Source: Methanobacteriota archaeon | GTDB lineage: Archaea; Thermoplasmatota; Thermoplasmata; Thermoplasmatales; GCA-001856825 | Reading direction: 5' to 3' | Length of the DNA stretch: 64,000 bases | Assembly (NCBI GenBank): GCA_017857235.1 | Contig: JAFMDN010000003.1 | Coordinates: 2,005-66,004, forward strand | Shown here: one piece after another, positions 1 through 9,048 of the stretch | Numbering within the stretch: the stretch's first letter is position 1 | Layout: each line of letters starts with the position of its first letter | Position numbers and translations under genes: made by a program | The notes under the pieces: model-generated | Told to the model about the DNA's origin: nothing | The model's input: the letters and a program-made list of their open reading frames with translations, nothing else | Database searches by the model: none

Positions 1-1
1 T

Positions 2-1492
2 TGTTCCATACAATAATGACATATTTACGGGTGGATAGTAAGTTATGTAATTCAATTGGTTATTGTCCATGGCCATTAATGGCGTGTATACCCCCATGCT
101 GCTGTTGTAGGTTAGCTTAACAAATTGACCATTCATAGAGGAAAGGTTTCCACTTACTGGATTGTAATTAGACAGCATTACAGTTGCATTGTAATTATTT
201 CCTGGGAGATAGAAATTATAGGAACCCTGCAAAGTTAAAGGTGCCCACTGTGCCAAACTTGAATTGAACTGATTTCCTGGCGTTACAAATAGGAATGAGT
301 TTGATGGCCATATGGAACCATGATAATTGTAGAAAGTTGTATTTCCCATACCCCATAGCCCATACACAAATGATGGGCCTGTGGTCAATATTGCAGTACC
401 TGCGGTCTTGTAATATACATTAACACCAGTTGATGTCTCACCTGTTTCAGATCCTATATCATAAGCAGATGGTACGTTTATGTATCCAGTAGAAGTCCAG
501 TATTTCAACGACATGGTTCCGTTTATATTAAGTACATCTGCCGTGGAGCCTCCGCCTGGTCCACCGATCATTATTTCTGCATCATATGGTATAAAACCGG
601 TAGGAGTAATTGTATTACCTGAAACAAGGTAAGTTGGTGCAGGAGCAGAGTAATTGATCAATCCGTAGGTTGAATTGAAAATTGCGTAATCGAAAGAACC
701 AGATATTGTTTTTCCGTTGCTTGTAAGAGAATAATTGAAGAATATTGCTGATCTCCCATTTAGCAAAGTAGAGTTAAGGTAAAGGGACAAACTGAATGGG
801 TATTGTACGGTGAATGTTGGACCAATTGCATAATAGAATGTAGGCGCAACCAAATTCCCATTTGGCCCGTGCTCATAAAATACATTCGGTGACATGTAGA
901 ATGCAGGGCTTGAGAAATTCCATATATTGTCCAGGAAGGTCAGTTCATGTGTCCTCGCTGAATAGAAAACTACGTTCTGAGTCCAGAAGTTATAGCTTGA
1001 ATTACCAAAAAGGGTAACATTGTGAAGAACTGCATTTAATTGGAATGTTACAGAATATGGTCCGTCGTCCACAAGGTTAAAATCTGAAAGATTGCTCAAT
1101 GAAACTGTTGCCTCATATGAAGGTGACGTATAATTGCTTCCTACAAGCATTCCGGATTGATTTACTATGCCATAGAAACCTAGACCCATTGGGGCAGGTG
1201 CGACAGCATAACCAGGATGAACCAAGGCACCTGGCTTATTCAGGTCTGTTGGATTGAAGTTCGGTAGCATGACATACTTCAAGGGTATCTTTGAATTTTT
1301 AATATTTGTAAGGATTTTGCTTTCAAGGCTCTTTAAATAACTTTGTGTTATTGTTATGTTGGATTGCTTATTTTCATTTAATAAATTAAAGGACTTTGCA
1401 GAATTCGAATCGTTGGGAATTGCGGCATATGCGTAAGAGACCAAGAATAAGAGAGCAAGCAAAATAGCTAATATAGCATATTTTTGGCTCAT
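2..1492 (-). CDS. Thermopsin (peptidase A5) family secreted protease, 3'-truncated by the window edge; missing from the ORF track
   Basis: Manual translation from ATG at 1492: signal peptide MSQKYAILAILLALLFLVSYAYA, then thermopsin motifs APAPMGLGFYG, FQLNAVL, FWTQNV, FLDNIWNFS and YDAEIMIGGPGGGS. The frame appears open to the window start. Confidence 0.85.
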   Translation of the reverse strand, partial: MSQKYAILAILLALLFLVSYAYAAIPNDSNSAKSFNLLNENKQSNITITQSYLKSLESKILTNIKNSKIPLKYVMLPNFNPTDLNKPGALVHPGYAVAPAPMGLGFYGIVNQSGMLVGSNYTSPSYEATVSLSNLSDFNLVDDGPYSVTFQLNAVLHNVTLFGNSSYNFWTQNVVFYSARTHELTFLDNIWNFSSPAFYMSPNVFYEHGPNGNLVAPTFYYAIGPTFTVQYPFSLSLYLNSTLLNGRSAIFFNYSLTSNGKTISGSFDYAIFNSTYGLINYSAPAPTYLVSGNTITPTGFIPYDAEIMIGGPGGGSTADVLNINGTMSLKYWTSTGYINVPSAYDIGSETGETSTGVNVYYKTAGTAILTTGPSFVYGLWGMGNTTFYNYHGSIWPSNSFLFVTPGNQFNSSLAQWAPLTLQGSYNFYLPGNNYNATVMLSNYNPVSGNLSSMNGQFVKLTYNSSMGVYTPLMAMDNNQLNYITYYPPVNMSLLYGT

Positions 1493-1827
1493 AAAATAGA
1501 TATCATAAAAACTATATTTAATGTTTTTTCTCATTTAATTCCATAATTTCAGATCATAATTGTAAAATTAAAAATATTCCTAAAAAATGGGGCTAGGCTA
1601 AAAAATAACCCGATGTTTTCTCTATCATGATAAATTATAGATTTCGTTTATTATGGATTATCACTCATTGTTCCTTAAATCATGCACCTTTTTTACCTGT
1701 TTAGATTGTTCCGTCTTCAAATAATATAATTAATTTCATCCTTAATCTTACATAATCAGTAACGTTAATAAAACGTAAAAATGTTCGTGGTGAAAGTTCT
1801 CAAAATTTAAGCAGGCAATATATGGGA

Positions 1828-1912
1828 TGCGGAGGGAGGGATTTGAACCCTCGGATCCCTACGGAACTAGACCCTCAATCTAGCACCTTTGACCTGGCTC
1901 GGTAACCTCCGC
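1828..1912 (-). tRNA. tRNA-Leu(GAG)
   Basis: GCGGAGG/CCTCCGC acceptor stem, CTAGA-TTGAGGG-TCTAG anticodon arm, long variable arm, GGTTCAAATCC T-loop. No intron and no encoded CCA. Confidence 0.95.
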
Positions 1913-2803
1913 TTACCAATTCTGCCCGGTTATTCTCTCAAACATTTTTACATATAGGTCCGATACTCTTAGCACCATGTCTGGTGGCAATGGGGGAATA
2001 TCAGGCTCCTTTAAACCTTTTGCTCTTGCCTCCATTAGTTTATCATAGTAACCGATGGATCTGTAATGCTGTCTAACAAATTCCTTACTCAGTTCCAATA
2101 TATTTCCCCTCTCAAAGTTTTCTGAATCCCACCATCTGTCCTCATCTGCTGTACCAAATGTATCTACCAAATAAGGAGACCTTTCATTGTCTAAAGCAAA
2201 TTCCTTTTTTCCGTCTACGTGGATTAATCCCCTTCTGGATACTTCCCTTTGAATCTCTTCATCCATCTTAGAGATAATATCAAAGATGACTTCTATCTCT
2301 CCCTTTTCCAAGCCCCCAATCTCCATAGCTTCCTCGTATGATATCAATCTGTCTGTTTTTTCAAATTTTGTTGTTATTTCATATAACGGCTGGGGAAGTT
2401 TTTCTCCATACTTTGGCATTGATTTAAATCCTAGGTCTCTGTAAGAGGTTTTTCCATTTTTAATCCTATCAAAAAGTGTTCCTGCAACATAATATCTTGA
2501 AACAAATTCTAACGGTATTAAGTAATTTTTTTCATTTTTAGATATTCTTCCACTGGGAATCTTAAATTTTTTAACAAACATATTAATTCCATTTTCTAAG
2601 GAAATGAAGTGATTTTTAATACCTAGTTTAGATGCTCTATTGAACCAAAATGCCGATGTTCTTGCTAGTGACTCACCCTTTTTTGGAATCAAAGAAGGAA
2701 TTATCTTGTCAAATACTGAAATTTGATTAGTAAAAATGAAGAGAAGTCTATCTTGGTCAAAGTCATAAACCTCCTTGACCTTTCCCTTCCTTATTAATTC
2801 CAT
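1913..2803 (-). CDS. purC: Phosphoribosylaminoimidazole-succinocarboxamide (SAICAR) synthase
   Basis: [43 protein letters not shown] and SKEFVRQ motifs. Confidence 0.95.
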   Translation of the reverse strand: MELIRKGKVKEVYDFDQDRLLFIFTNQISVFDKIIPSLIPKKGESLARTSAFWFNRASKLGIKNHFISLENGINMFVKKFKIPSGRISKNEKNYLIPLEFVSRYYVAGTLFDRIKNGKTSYRDLGFKSMPKYGEKLPQPLYEITTKFEKTDRLISYEEAMEIGGLEKGEIEVIFDIISKMDEEIQREVSRRGLIHVDGKKEFALDNERSPYLVDTFGTADEDRWWDSENFERGNILELSKEFVRQHYRSIGYYDKLMEARAKGLKEPDIPPLPPDMVLRVSDLYVKMFERITGQNW

Positions 2804-2906
2804 GATGCAAAATCACCTTATATATATTAAAAATTTCCAACTCGCTCCGATTTTTATTGCTCAATATGTTGGAAATCTATATTTTCCTGTTTTCGATATA
2901 AGGGAT

Positions 2907-3911
2907 ATGGTAGAATTAAACACCAAGTATGGAACTGACCTGCTCAAGAAAGGATTTGCAAAAATGACAAAAGGTGGTGTTATTATGGATGTAACTACTG
3001 CTGAGCAGGCAAGAATAGCTGAAAATGCAGGAGCCATCTCAGTTATGGCCCTCGAAAGAGTTCCTGCCGATATCAGGGCAGAAGGGGGAGTTGCGAGAAT
3101 GGCAGACCCATTGAAGATCAAAGAAATCATGGATGCTGTGACTATTCCTGTAATGGCTAAAGTTAGGATCGGACATCTTGCAGAGGCAAAAGCACTAGAA
3201 GCCCTAGGTGTTGATATGATTGATGAATCAGAGGTATTAACCCCTGCCGACCCATTTTTCCATATAAATAAAAAGGAAATCAAGGTGCCTTTTGTATGTG
3301 GTGCAAGGAATCTGGGGGAGGCAGTCAGGAGAATTTGGGAAGGGGCTGCAATGATAAGAACAAAAGGGGAAGCAGGTACCGGAGATATTATAGAGGCTGT
3401 GAGACATGTGAGGCTAATGAACCAGGGAATAGAAGAGGTAAAACAATCTGATGACCATGAACTTTGGGAAATGGCAACAAATATTGCTAAAAGCTATGAA
3501 ACACTTATGACCCAAACTAGAGAAATGCTTTTTGGAAAACCAGTGATAAGGGATGAAGATGTTCTATTTGGCAACTATACTTACTTAGAAATTAAGAAGG
3601 GATTATACGAAGTACTTTTAGAAATAAGAAGAATGGGAAGATTGCCTGTTGTCAACTTTGCTGCTGGTGGTGTATCTAGCCCAGCAGATGCTGTTCTGAT
3701 GATGGAGCACGGAGTTGATGGGATTTTTGTTGGGTCAGGAATATTCAAAAGCGCAGACCCCATGAAGATGGCAAGTGCCATTGTCCAAGCGACAGCTTCC
3801 TGGGATGATCCATCTGTATTAGTAGAAGTTTCAAAAGGACTTTCAGGTATGAAAGGAAGAAGCGTCGAAAAGATGCCTGAAATCGAAAAGATTCAGGGGA
3901 GAGGCTGGTAA
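2907..3911 (+). CDS. pdxS: Pyridoxal 5'-phosphate synthase lyase subunit
   Basis: [48 protein letters not shown] and FAAGG motifs. Start moved from 2775, which overlaps purC, to ATG 2907. Confidence 0.95.
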   Translation: MVELNTKYGTDLLKKGFAKMTKGGVIMDVTTAEQARIAENAGAISVMALERVPADIRAEGGVARMADPLKIKEIMDAVTIPVMAKVRIGHLAEAKALEALGVDMIDESEVLTPADPFFHINKKEIKVPFVCGARNLGEAVRRIWEGAAMIRTKGEAGTGDIIEAVRHVRLMNQGIEEVKQSDDHELWEMATNIAKSYETLMTQTREMLFGKPVIRDEDVLFGNYTYLEIKKGLYEVLLEIRRMGRLPVVNFAAGGVSSPADAVLMMEHGVDGIFVGSGIFKSADPMKMASAIVQATASWDDPSVLVEVSKGLSGMKGRSVEKMPEIEKIQGRGW

Positions 3912-3914
3912 TTT

Positions 3915-4733
3915 ATTACTATTTTTTTAACTGTTGTTGGGCATTTTAATATTGATGTTATATTGAAGGTTCATAAAATACCCACATCAGGCACGGTACC
4001 CGTGGAAAAAATTGAAATTAAACCAGGGGGGACTGCAGGAAATATAGCTAGAATAGCAGGTCTTTTAGGTGTAGAGACTACGCTAATTTCAAGGATTTCA
4101 AAAAATTTTCCACCTGAATATATAAAATTAATGAAAGACTCTGGTGTAAACACCGATTTTGAGGTATTGGATGATTATGGCCCCGTATGTTACATTGTAG
4201 AATCAAATGAAGACAGTGTTGCCTTCATGTATCAGGGACCCATGGACTCTCAGGGAGATTTAAAAAGAATAGATTCTAAATATGTTCATTTTGCTACCGG
4301 CAACCCTGACTGGATTTTGAATTTGATGAAAATGGCCAACGGCTTTAAGGTATTTGATCCAGGACAAGAATTGTCTTATAGATGGTCTCATGATAAACTT
4401 TTAGAAGCATCAAAAATTGCTGATCTCGTTATAGTAAATCAGAGTGAAAACGCTATTCTGGATTATTATAAATTCAGAGAAAAAATAGTTACTTTGGGAG
4501 AAAAGGGATGCGAATACAATGGAAAGATTATAGAAGGATTTAAATCAAAAGTTATTTCAACAGTAGGTGCAGGGGATGCATTCAGGGCAGGTCTTTATTA
4601 TGGCCTAAGTTTGGGGTATGATATGAATGAGGCATGTAGATGCGGAAATATAGTTGCAGCGTTATACATAAGCGGTGAAACCCATAAGTTAAGTATTTTA
4701 AAAAGTAAGAAATCCTGTAGGGAATTCCCATGA
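3915..4733 (+). CDS. PfkB/ribokinase-family sugar or nucleoside kinase (start uncertain)
   Basis: PGGTAGNIA, FDPGQ, VNQSE, VTLGEKG and STVGAGDAF motifs. The family N-terminal strand VVGHFNIDVI lies upstream of the track start at 3963. Confidence 0.85.
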   Translation: MTIFLTVVGHFNIDVILKVHKIPTSGTVPVEKIEIKPGGTAGNIARIAGLLGVETTLISRISKNFPPEYIKLMKDSGVNTDFEVLDDYGPVCYIVESNEDSVAFMYQGPMDSQGDLKRIDSKYVHFATGNPDWILNLMKMANGFKVFDPGQELSYRWSHDKLLEASKIADLVIVNQSENAILDYYKFREKIVTLGEKGCEYNGKIIEGFKSKVISTVGAGDAFRAGLYYGLSLGYDMNEACRCGNIVAALYISGETHKLSILKSKKSCREFP

Positions 4734-5929
4734 TAGAAAATTACAGAAATGAATTTATTGAACTTTATAAGAAAATGCTAAGTATAAAAGCTGTAAACCC
4801 ATCAGGCGGAGGGAATGGTGAATATGAAAGGGCAAATTTCCTAAAAAACGTTATTTTGTCCTGGTCAAAGGATTTAAAGTTCGAAGAATATATTGCTGAA
4901 TCAAATGGTTTAAAGAGGCCAAATTTGCTATTTCTTCTTGACAGCGGAAAACGAAATAATATTTGGTTTGTAGGGCATATGGATACTGTTAGCGAAGGGG
5001 ACTTAAGTTTATGGAAATATCCACCCTTTGAGGGAACTGTAGTTGGAGACCAAATTTACGGAAGAGGATCCTGCGATAATGGTCAAGGCATTATGTCTTC
5101 TCTTCTTGCATTAAGATACTTTATAGACCATCCCAAGGAGATGGAAAATAACATTGGAGTTATTCTCGTCTCTGATGAAGAAGCAGGAAGCAAATTTGGC
5201 ATTCAGTTTGTATTAAGCAAAAGGAAATTTGGAGAAAATGACTTTTTTGTGGTACCGGATTTCGGAACCCCTGATGGATCTGAAATTGAGGTTGCGGAAA
5301 AGGGAATTATGTGGATCAAATTTAATGTTGAAGGAATTCAATGCCATGGTTCAACACCAAACAAAGGAAAAAACGCTCATAGGCTTGCAAGGGAATTAGA
5401 GAGAAGAATAGATGTAACTCTTCATAAAAAATTTAATGATATTGATAAACTTTTTACTGTTCCCTATAGTACATTTGAGCCAACTAAAGTTGAACCAGGA
5501 ACCAGTTCTATAAATATTATTCCTGGAAAAGAGGCTTTTTACTTTGATATGAGAATAATTCCGCGGTACAAAGTTTCTGAAGTATATGAGGAAATAAAAA
5601 GGGTTTGTGATGAATTTTCAAGAGAGTTTGATGCACCTACAAAAATAGAGATTGTACAAATGGAGGATCCATCCTTCAACGGTCCTCAAGGTAAAAAATT
5701 TGTAGAAACGTTGAAAATTATCATTAAAGAAAAGAGAGGTATAGAGCCTAAAGAGATAGGCATAGGTGGCGGAACCTGTGGAGCATTTTTCAGAAAAGCC
5801 GGTTACCCCACCATAGTCTGGGGAACTCTCGATGAAGTGGAACATATGCCTAACGAGTATGCTAAGATCACTAACATGGAGAAAGACGCCGAAGTCTTTA
5901 TTGAATTGGTAAAGAAATTTGATCATTAG
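4730..5929 (+). CDS. M20 family metallo-amidohydrolase (ArgE/DapE-like)
   Basis: GHMDTV, GRGSCDNG, SDEEAGS, AEKG, GGGT and EHMPNE motifs; ATGA overlap with the kinase. Confidence 0.9.
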   Translation: MIENYRNEFIELYKKMLSIKAVNPSGGGNGEYERANFLKNVILSWSKDLKFEEYIAESNGLKRPNLLFLLDSGKRNNIWFVGHMDTVSEGDLSLWKYPPFEGTVVGDQIYGRGSCDNGQGIMSSLLALRYFIDHPKEMENNIGVILVSDEEAGSKFGIQFVLSKRKFGENDFFVVPDFGTPDGSEIEVAEKGIMWIKFNVEGIQCHGSTPNKGKNAHRLARELERRIDVTLHKKFNDIDKLFTVPYSTFEPTKVEPGTSSINIIPGKEAFYFDMRIIPRYKVSEVYEEIKRVCDEFSREFDAPTKIEIVQMEDPSFNGPQGKKFVETLKIIIKEKRGIEPKEIGIGGGTCGAFFRKAGYPTIVWGTLDEVEHMPNEYAKITNMEKDAEVFIELVKKFDH

Positions 5930-7174
5930 ATGGATAAAAAAGTACCCCGCGATAAATGGTTTCTAGCCTACTTACCTGTAAATTCCGCTAATGGCCTCGT
6001 AAGCCCATTAGCCCCCTTATTTATAACAGAAATACTATTGGGAGGAGTTGTTGAATACTCTCTATTTACTATAGTATCTTCAATATCAACCATAATAGGA
6101 TTATTTCTCTGGGGTTATCTATCAGATAAACTGAAAAAGAGGAAAATCTTTGTAGTGCTGGGATTTATTTCACTTGGAATAACTAGCGTACTCTTTGGAT
6201 TGAGTCCAAATGTATTATTCTTCCTGGGTGTATCATTTCTATCTGGATTCCTTGGAAGTGCTGCTGCTCCTATTGCTTCTGTATTAATAATGGAACTATC
6301 AGACAGGAAAGACTGGTCTAATAAAATATCAAAATTTTCTCTATACGCTTCGCTTGGACAGATAATCGGTGTTCTTTTAGCAGCAGGTCTCTCTTTAATC
6401 TTCCTCCAAAGCTCATCTCTAAGGATGCTTTATTATATAGCATCCATTCTTTATATAACATCAGGGGTTGTAGCTTGGTTACTTATTCCCGAATCTAAAT
6501 CAATGATTGATAGAAATAAAGTTGACATCCGTTCCTTCAGGGTTTTTGAAAAGATAAGATATTTTCCAAGTCATATTATACATTGGAATTTTAAATTTAC
6601 TAATATAGATAAAAATCTTAGAATTACTTTAATTTCCTTTATGATCATGATGATGGGATTCCAACTATTCTTTGTCGCTTTTCCAATACTGCTTAAAGAA
6701 ATAGGAGTTAACAACACTGTATTCTTTCTAATATATTTAGGTAACTATATATTTGCAGCAATTACATTCACATTTTCTGGGCAGATAGCCACTAAAATAG
6801 GATATAAGAAAGTAACATCCCTTGCAGTAATAACAAGGCTTATCATCTTTCCAAGTACAACTTTTTTAATAATCCTACTGCATAACGATAAGGCTATTCT
6901 ATTCGATTCACTTCTTTTAGTTTATTCTTTGCTTGGAGCATTATGGTCTTTTATATCAGTTGGTACTGCAACACTATCCTCCAATCTATCAAAGCCAGAA
7001 CAAAGAGGAGTTGTTGCTGGAACCTATAATGCAGTACAAAGTATTGGCGTAATAGTTGGATCTTCATTAACTGGACTAATCGTAACGAGGTATGGATTCA
7101 GTATAGATTTTTTCATGGCAGATCTCGTTGTACTGATTGGACTTTTATTATTCTTTAGGGTTAATGATAAATGA
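5930..7174 (+). CDS. MFS transporter
   Basis: About 12 hydrophobic segments, motif A GYLSDKLKKRK, and PEQRGVVAG. Confidence 0.9.
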   Translation: MDKKVPRDKWFLAYLPVNSANGLVSPLAPLFITEILLGGVVEYSLFTIVSSISTIIGLFLWGYLSDKLKKRKIFVVLGFISLGITSVLFGLSPNVLFFLGVSFLSGFLGSAAAPIASVLIMELSDRKDWSNKISKFSLYASLGQIIGVLLAAGLSLIFLQSSSLRMLYYIASILYITSGVVAWLLIPESKSMIDRNKVDIRSFRVFEKIRYFPSHIIHWNFKFTNIDKNLRITLISFMIMMMGFQLFFVAFPILLKEIGVNNTVFFLIYLGNYIFAAITFTFSGQIATKIGYKKVTSLAVITRLIIFPSTTFLIILLHNDKAILFDSLLLVYSLLGALWSFISVGTATLSSNLSKPEQRGVVAGTYNAVQSIGVIVGSSLTGLIVTRYGFSIDFFMADLVVLIGLLLFFRVNDK

Positions 7175-7176
7175 GT

Positions 7177-7812
7177 TTAAATGGAATTGATTATTTTACC
7201 CTGTTTATATACGGGTATAATTTCAGTTACATCTACCCTTAGACATGTTTCGATATCCTTCTCGAATCCCTTATTTTTAAGGCGAACAGCTCCACTCCCG
7301 TTTCTTGATTTTTCGATGTGCACATTTATGTCTGCATTTGGATCTAAGATTCTTTTAGCTAATGCATAAGCAAATTCTGAATCCTCGGTTTGCACACCAT
7401 CTTTCGAATGAGCCAAAAATATATGCACTTCCTTATTTCTAAGATATCTCGCCACTGCATTTAAGTTTAAAAACGACGCAATGATTGTACCTTCACCTAA
7501 ATTTTTTATTAATTTGGTACCGTTGGATGTTAAAATAACAATTTTTTCACCCTTTAAATCAAGTTCTAGTGTTTCAGTAGGCGAATTACCGTAGTCGAAT
7601 TCCTTTATCTTTTCAGTATCCTTTTCGCCAAATGTGAGGTATCCCATTTTCTTATATTTTAATCCCTCTTCCACATTTAAAATTGGAATAACCTCTTCAG
7701 CTCCTTTCATAAACATTGTAACTATGTTAGTTGTAGCTCTAAAAATATCGACAGCTACTGGTATTCCAAATATTGATTGTAAATATCTTCCATCTGAAAT
7801 TCTTATCATCAT
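7177..7812 (-). CDS. comB: 2-phosphosulfolactate phosphatase (ComB) family phosphatase
   Basis: VDIFRATT, GEK..FDYGNSP, LTSNGT, ASFLN and TED motifs. Confidence 0.8.
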   Translation of the reverse strand: MMIRISDGRYLQSIFGIPVAVDIFRATTNIVTMFMKGAEEVIPILNVEEGLKYKKMGYLTFGEKDTEKIKEFDYGNSPTETLELDLKGEKIVILTSNGTKLIKNLGEGTIIASFLNLNAVARYLRNKEVHIFLAHSKDGVQTEDSEFAYALAKRILDPNADINVHIEKSRNGSGAVRLKNKGFEKDIETCLRVDVTEIIPVYKQGKIINSI

Positions 7813-8168
7813 ATCACCTCAATATTCATCTCCTTACCATCCTTTGAAAATGCTCTCCAGGATTCTATATTGAATGGATACCCCACAATTATATGAATAA
7901 TTCCAAAGTTGGAAAATAACCTTAAATCTTCATCACTGGGTATCAGAACTCCCGAAGGATGAGAATGTGCGGTCCCCACATAAGAATAATCTATGGGCAG
8001 GTTGAATAACTTAAATAAAGCGCTCCTTTCACCAGCCACAGTTCCAGGGACAATTGCAATTTCATATATCAGCTTGTTTTTAGCCCTCAATATAGCAGCG
8101 AATTCATTAGGTAGACTATCCTTTGCACTTTCCATTATTAATTGGAGTACCTCCCTCTTTATTCTCAT
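7809..8168 (-). CDS. JAMM/MPN+ (Mov34) metalloprotease
   Basis: PNE plus HSHPSG..PS..D JAMM zinc motif. Confidence 0.9.
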   Translation of the reverse strand: MRIKREVLQLIMESAKDSLPNEFAAILRAKNKLIYEIAIVPGTVAGERSALFKLFNLPIDYSYVGTAHSHPSGVLIPSDEDLRLFSNFGIIHIIVGYPFNIESWRAFSKDGKEMNIEVI

Positions 8169-8998
8169 ATAAACTTCTCTCTCATATTCCTATAGAAATC
8201 TGATTCAAACCTAACGAATCTTGCGGGAGATTCGCTTTCTGTAATAAGAATTTCGTCATTGTAGCCTATTATTATTTCCTCCTGCCCATCGAGTGACATT
8301 ATCAGCCTCTTTCCCTTTTCAAGTATGGATATTCTTATAGTGCTTTCTGATGGAACTACTATACTCCTAACATTTAATTTGAAGGGAGCTATATGTGAAA
8401 TGATAAGCGCTTTTACCCTTGGATCCAATATAGGTCCACCCACACTTAGTGAATAAGATGTTGAACCGGTGGGAGATGCTACAATAATTCCATCAGCCCT
8501 CACATTGTGAATAAAATCATTATCTATGTAAATTCCAAACCACCTTATCTTAGTAATTTCAGCTGATTTAATAACAACTTCATTCACTGAATCTGACAAC
8601 CTTTTACCATTCAAAGTGGTTTTAATCCTTGGTCTCTCTTCTACTTTATACTCCCCTCTGGTAAGCTTACCCATAGCAGCAATCGCATTTGTTGGACCTA
8701 TTTCCGAAAGAAAACCGAATGATCCCATGTTTATGGGTAAGATTGCTGTATTGACTCTTTTCAACGTCCATAGAGCTGTACCGTCACCCCCAACGGTGAT
8801 TATGATTTCTGCATTCATCTCTTCCAATGGGACACCGTGGATTTTCATTTCACTGGCGGCTGATTGCTCTATCATTACTTCGTGTCCTTCATGCTTCAAA
8901 TATCTATACAGTATACCAATAAGATCTAAGCACCTAGGGCAATCAGGCCGTGAAATAAATCCTATCTTCAATTTATATGCACCTGTTCCTTTAATCAA
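8165..8998 (-). CDS. nadK: NAD(+) kinase (start may be TTG 8971)
   Basis: GGDGT, NMGSFGFL, NE and DGIIVASPTGSTSYSLSVGGP motifs. Confidence 0.95.
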   Translation of the reverse strand: MIKGTGAYKLKIGFISRPDCPRCLDLIGILYRYLKHEGHEVMIEQSAASEMKIHGVPLEEMNAEIIITVGGDGTALWTLKRVNTAILPINMGSFGFLSEIGPTNAIAAMGKLTRGEYKVEERPRIKTTLNGKRLSDSVNEVVIKSAEITKIRWFGIYIDNDFIHNVRADGIIVASPTGSTSYSLSVGGPILDPRVKALIISHIAPFKLNVRSIVVPSESTIRISILEKGKRLIMSLDGQEEIIIGYNDEILITESESPARFVRFESDFYRNMREKFI

Positions 8999-9048
8999 TA
9001 TTTATATCTTTTATTTAATGAATTCCAATTTCCTTTTATAGTCCCTCT

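Noticed and set aside
1493..1827. TATCATGATA palindrome and AT-rich gap upstream of thermopsin
   Set aside because: A single 10 bp AT-rich palindrome is plausible by chance, and no repeat array or origin (ORB) boxes were seen
2775..2906. 44 aa N-terminal extension of PdxS
   Set aside because: It overlaps the purC start and the divergent promoters; homology begins at ATG 2907
3440..3620. Roughly 40 aa insertion in PdxS relative to the bacterial enzyme
   Set aside because: Longer PdxS forms of about 335 aa are common in archaea, so this is not novel
7177..7812. comB as evidence of methanogenesis or coenzyme M synthesis
   Set aside because: ComB homologues are widespread in non-methanogens, and no other com or mcr genes are present
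7809..8168. JAB protein as part of a CBASS or ubiquitin-like defence system with the NTase at 57 kb
   Set aside because: It is an ordinary archaeal JAMM in a housekeeping operon 49 kb away, with no E1/E2 or effector genes
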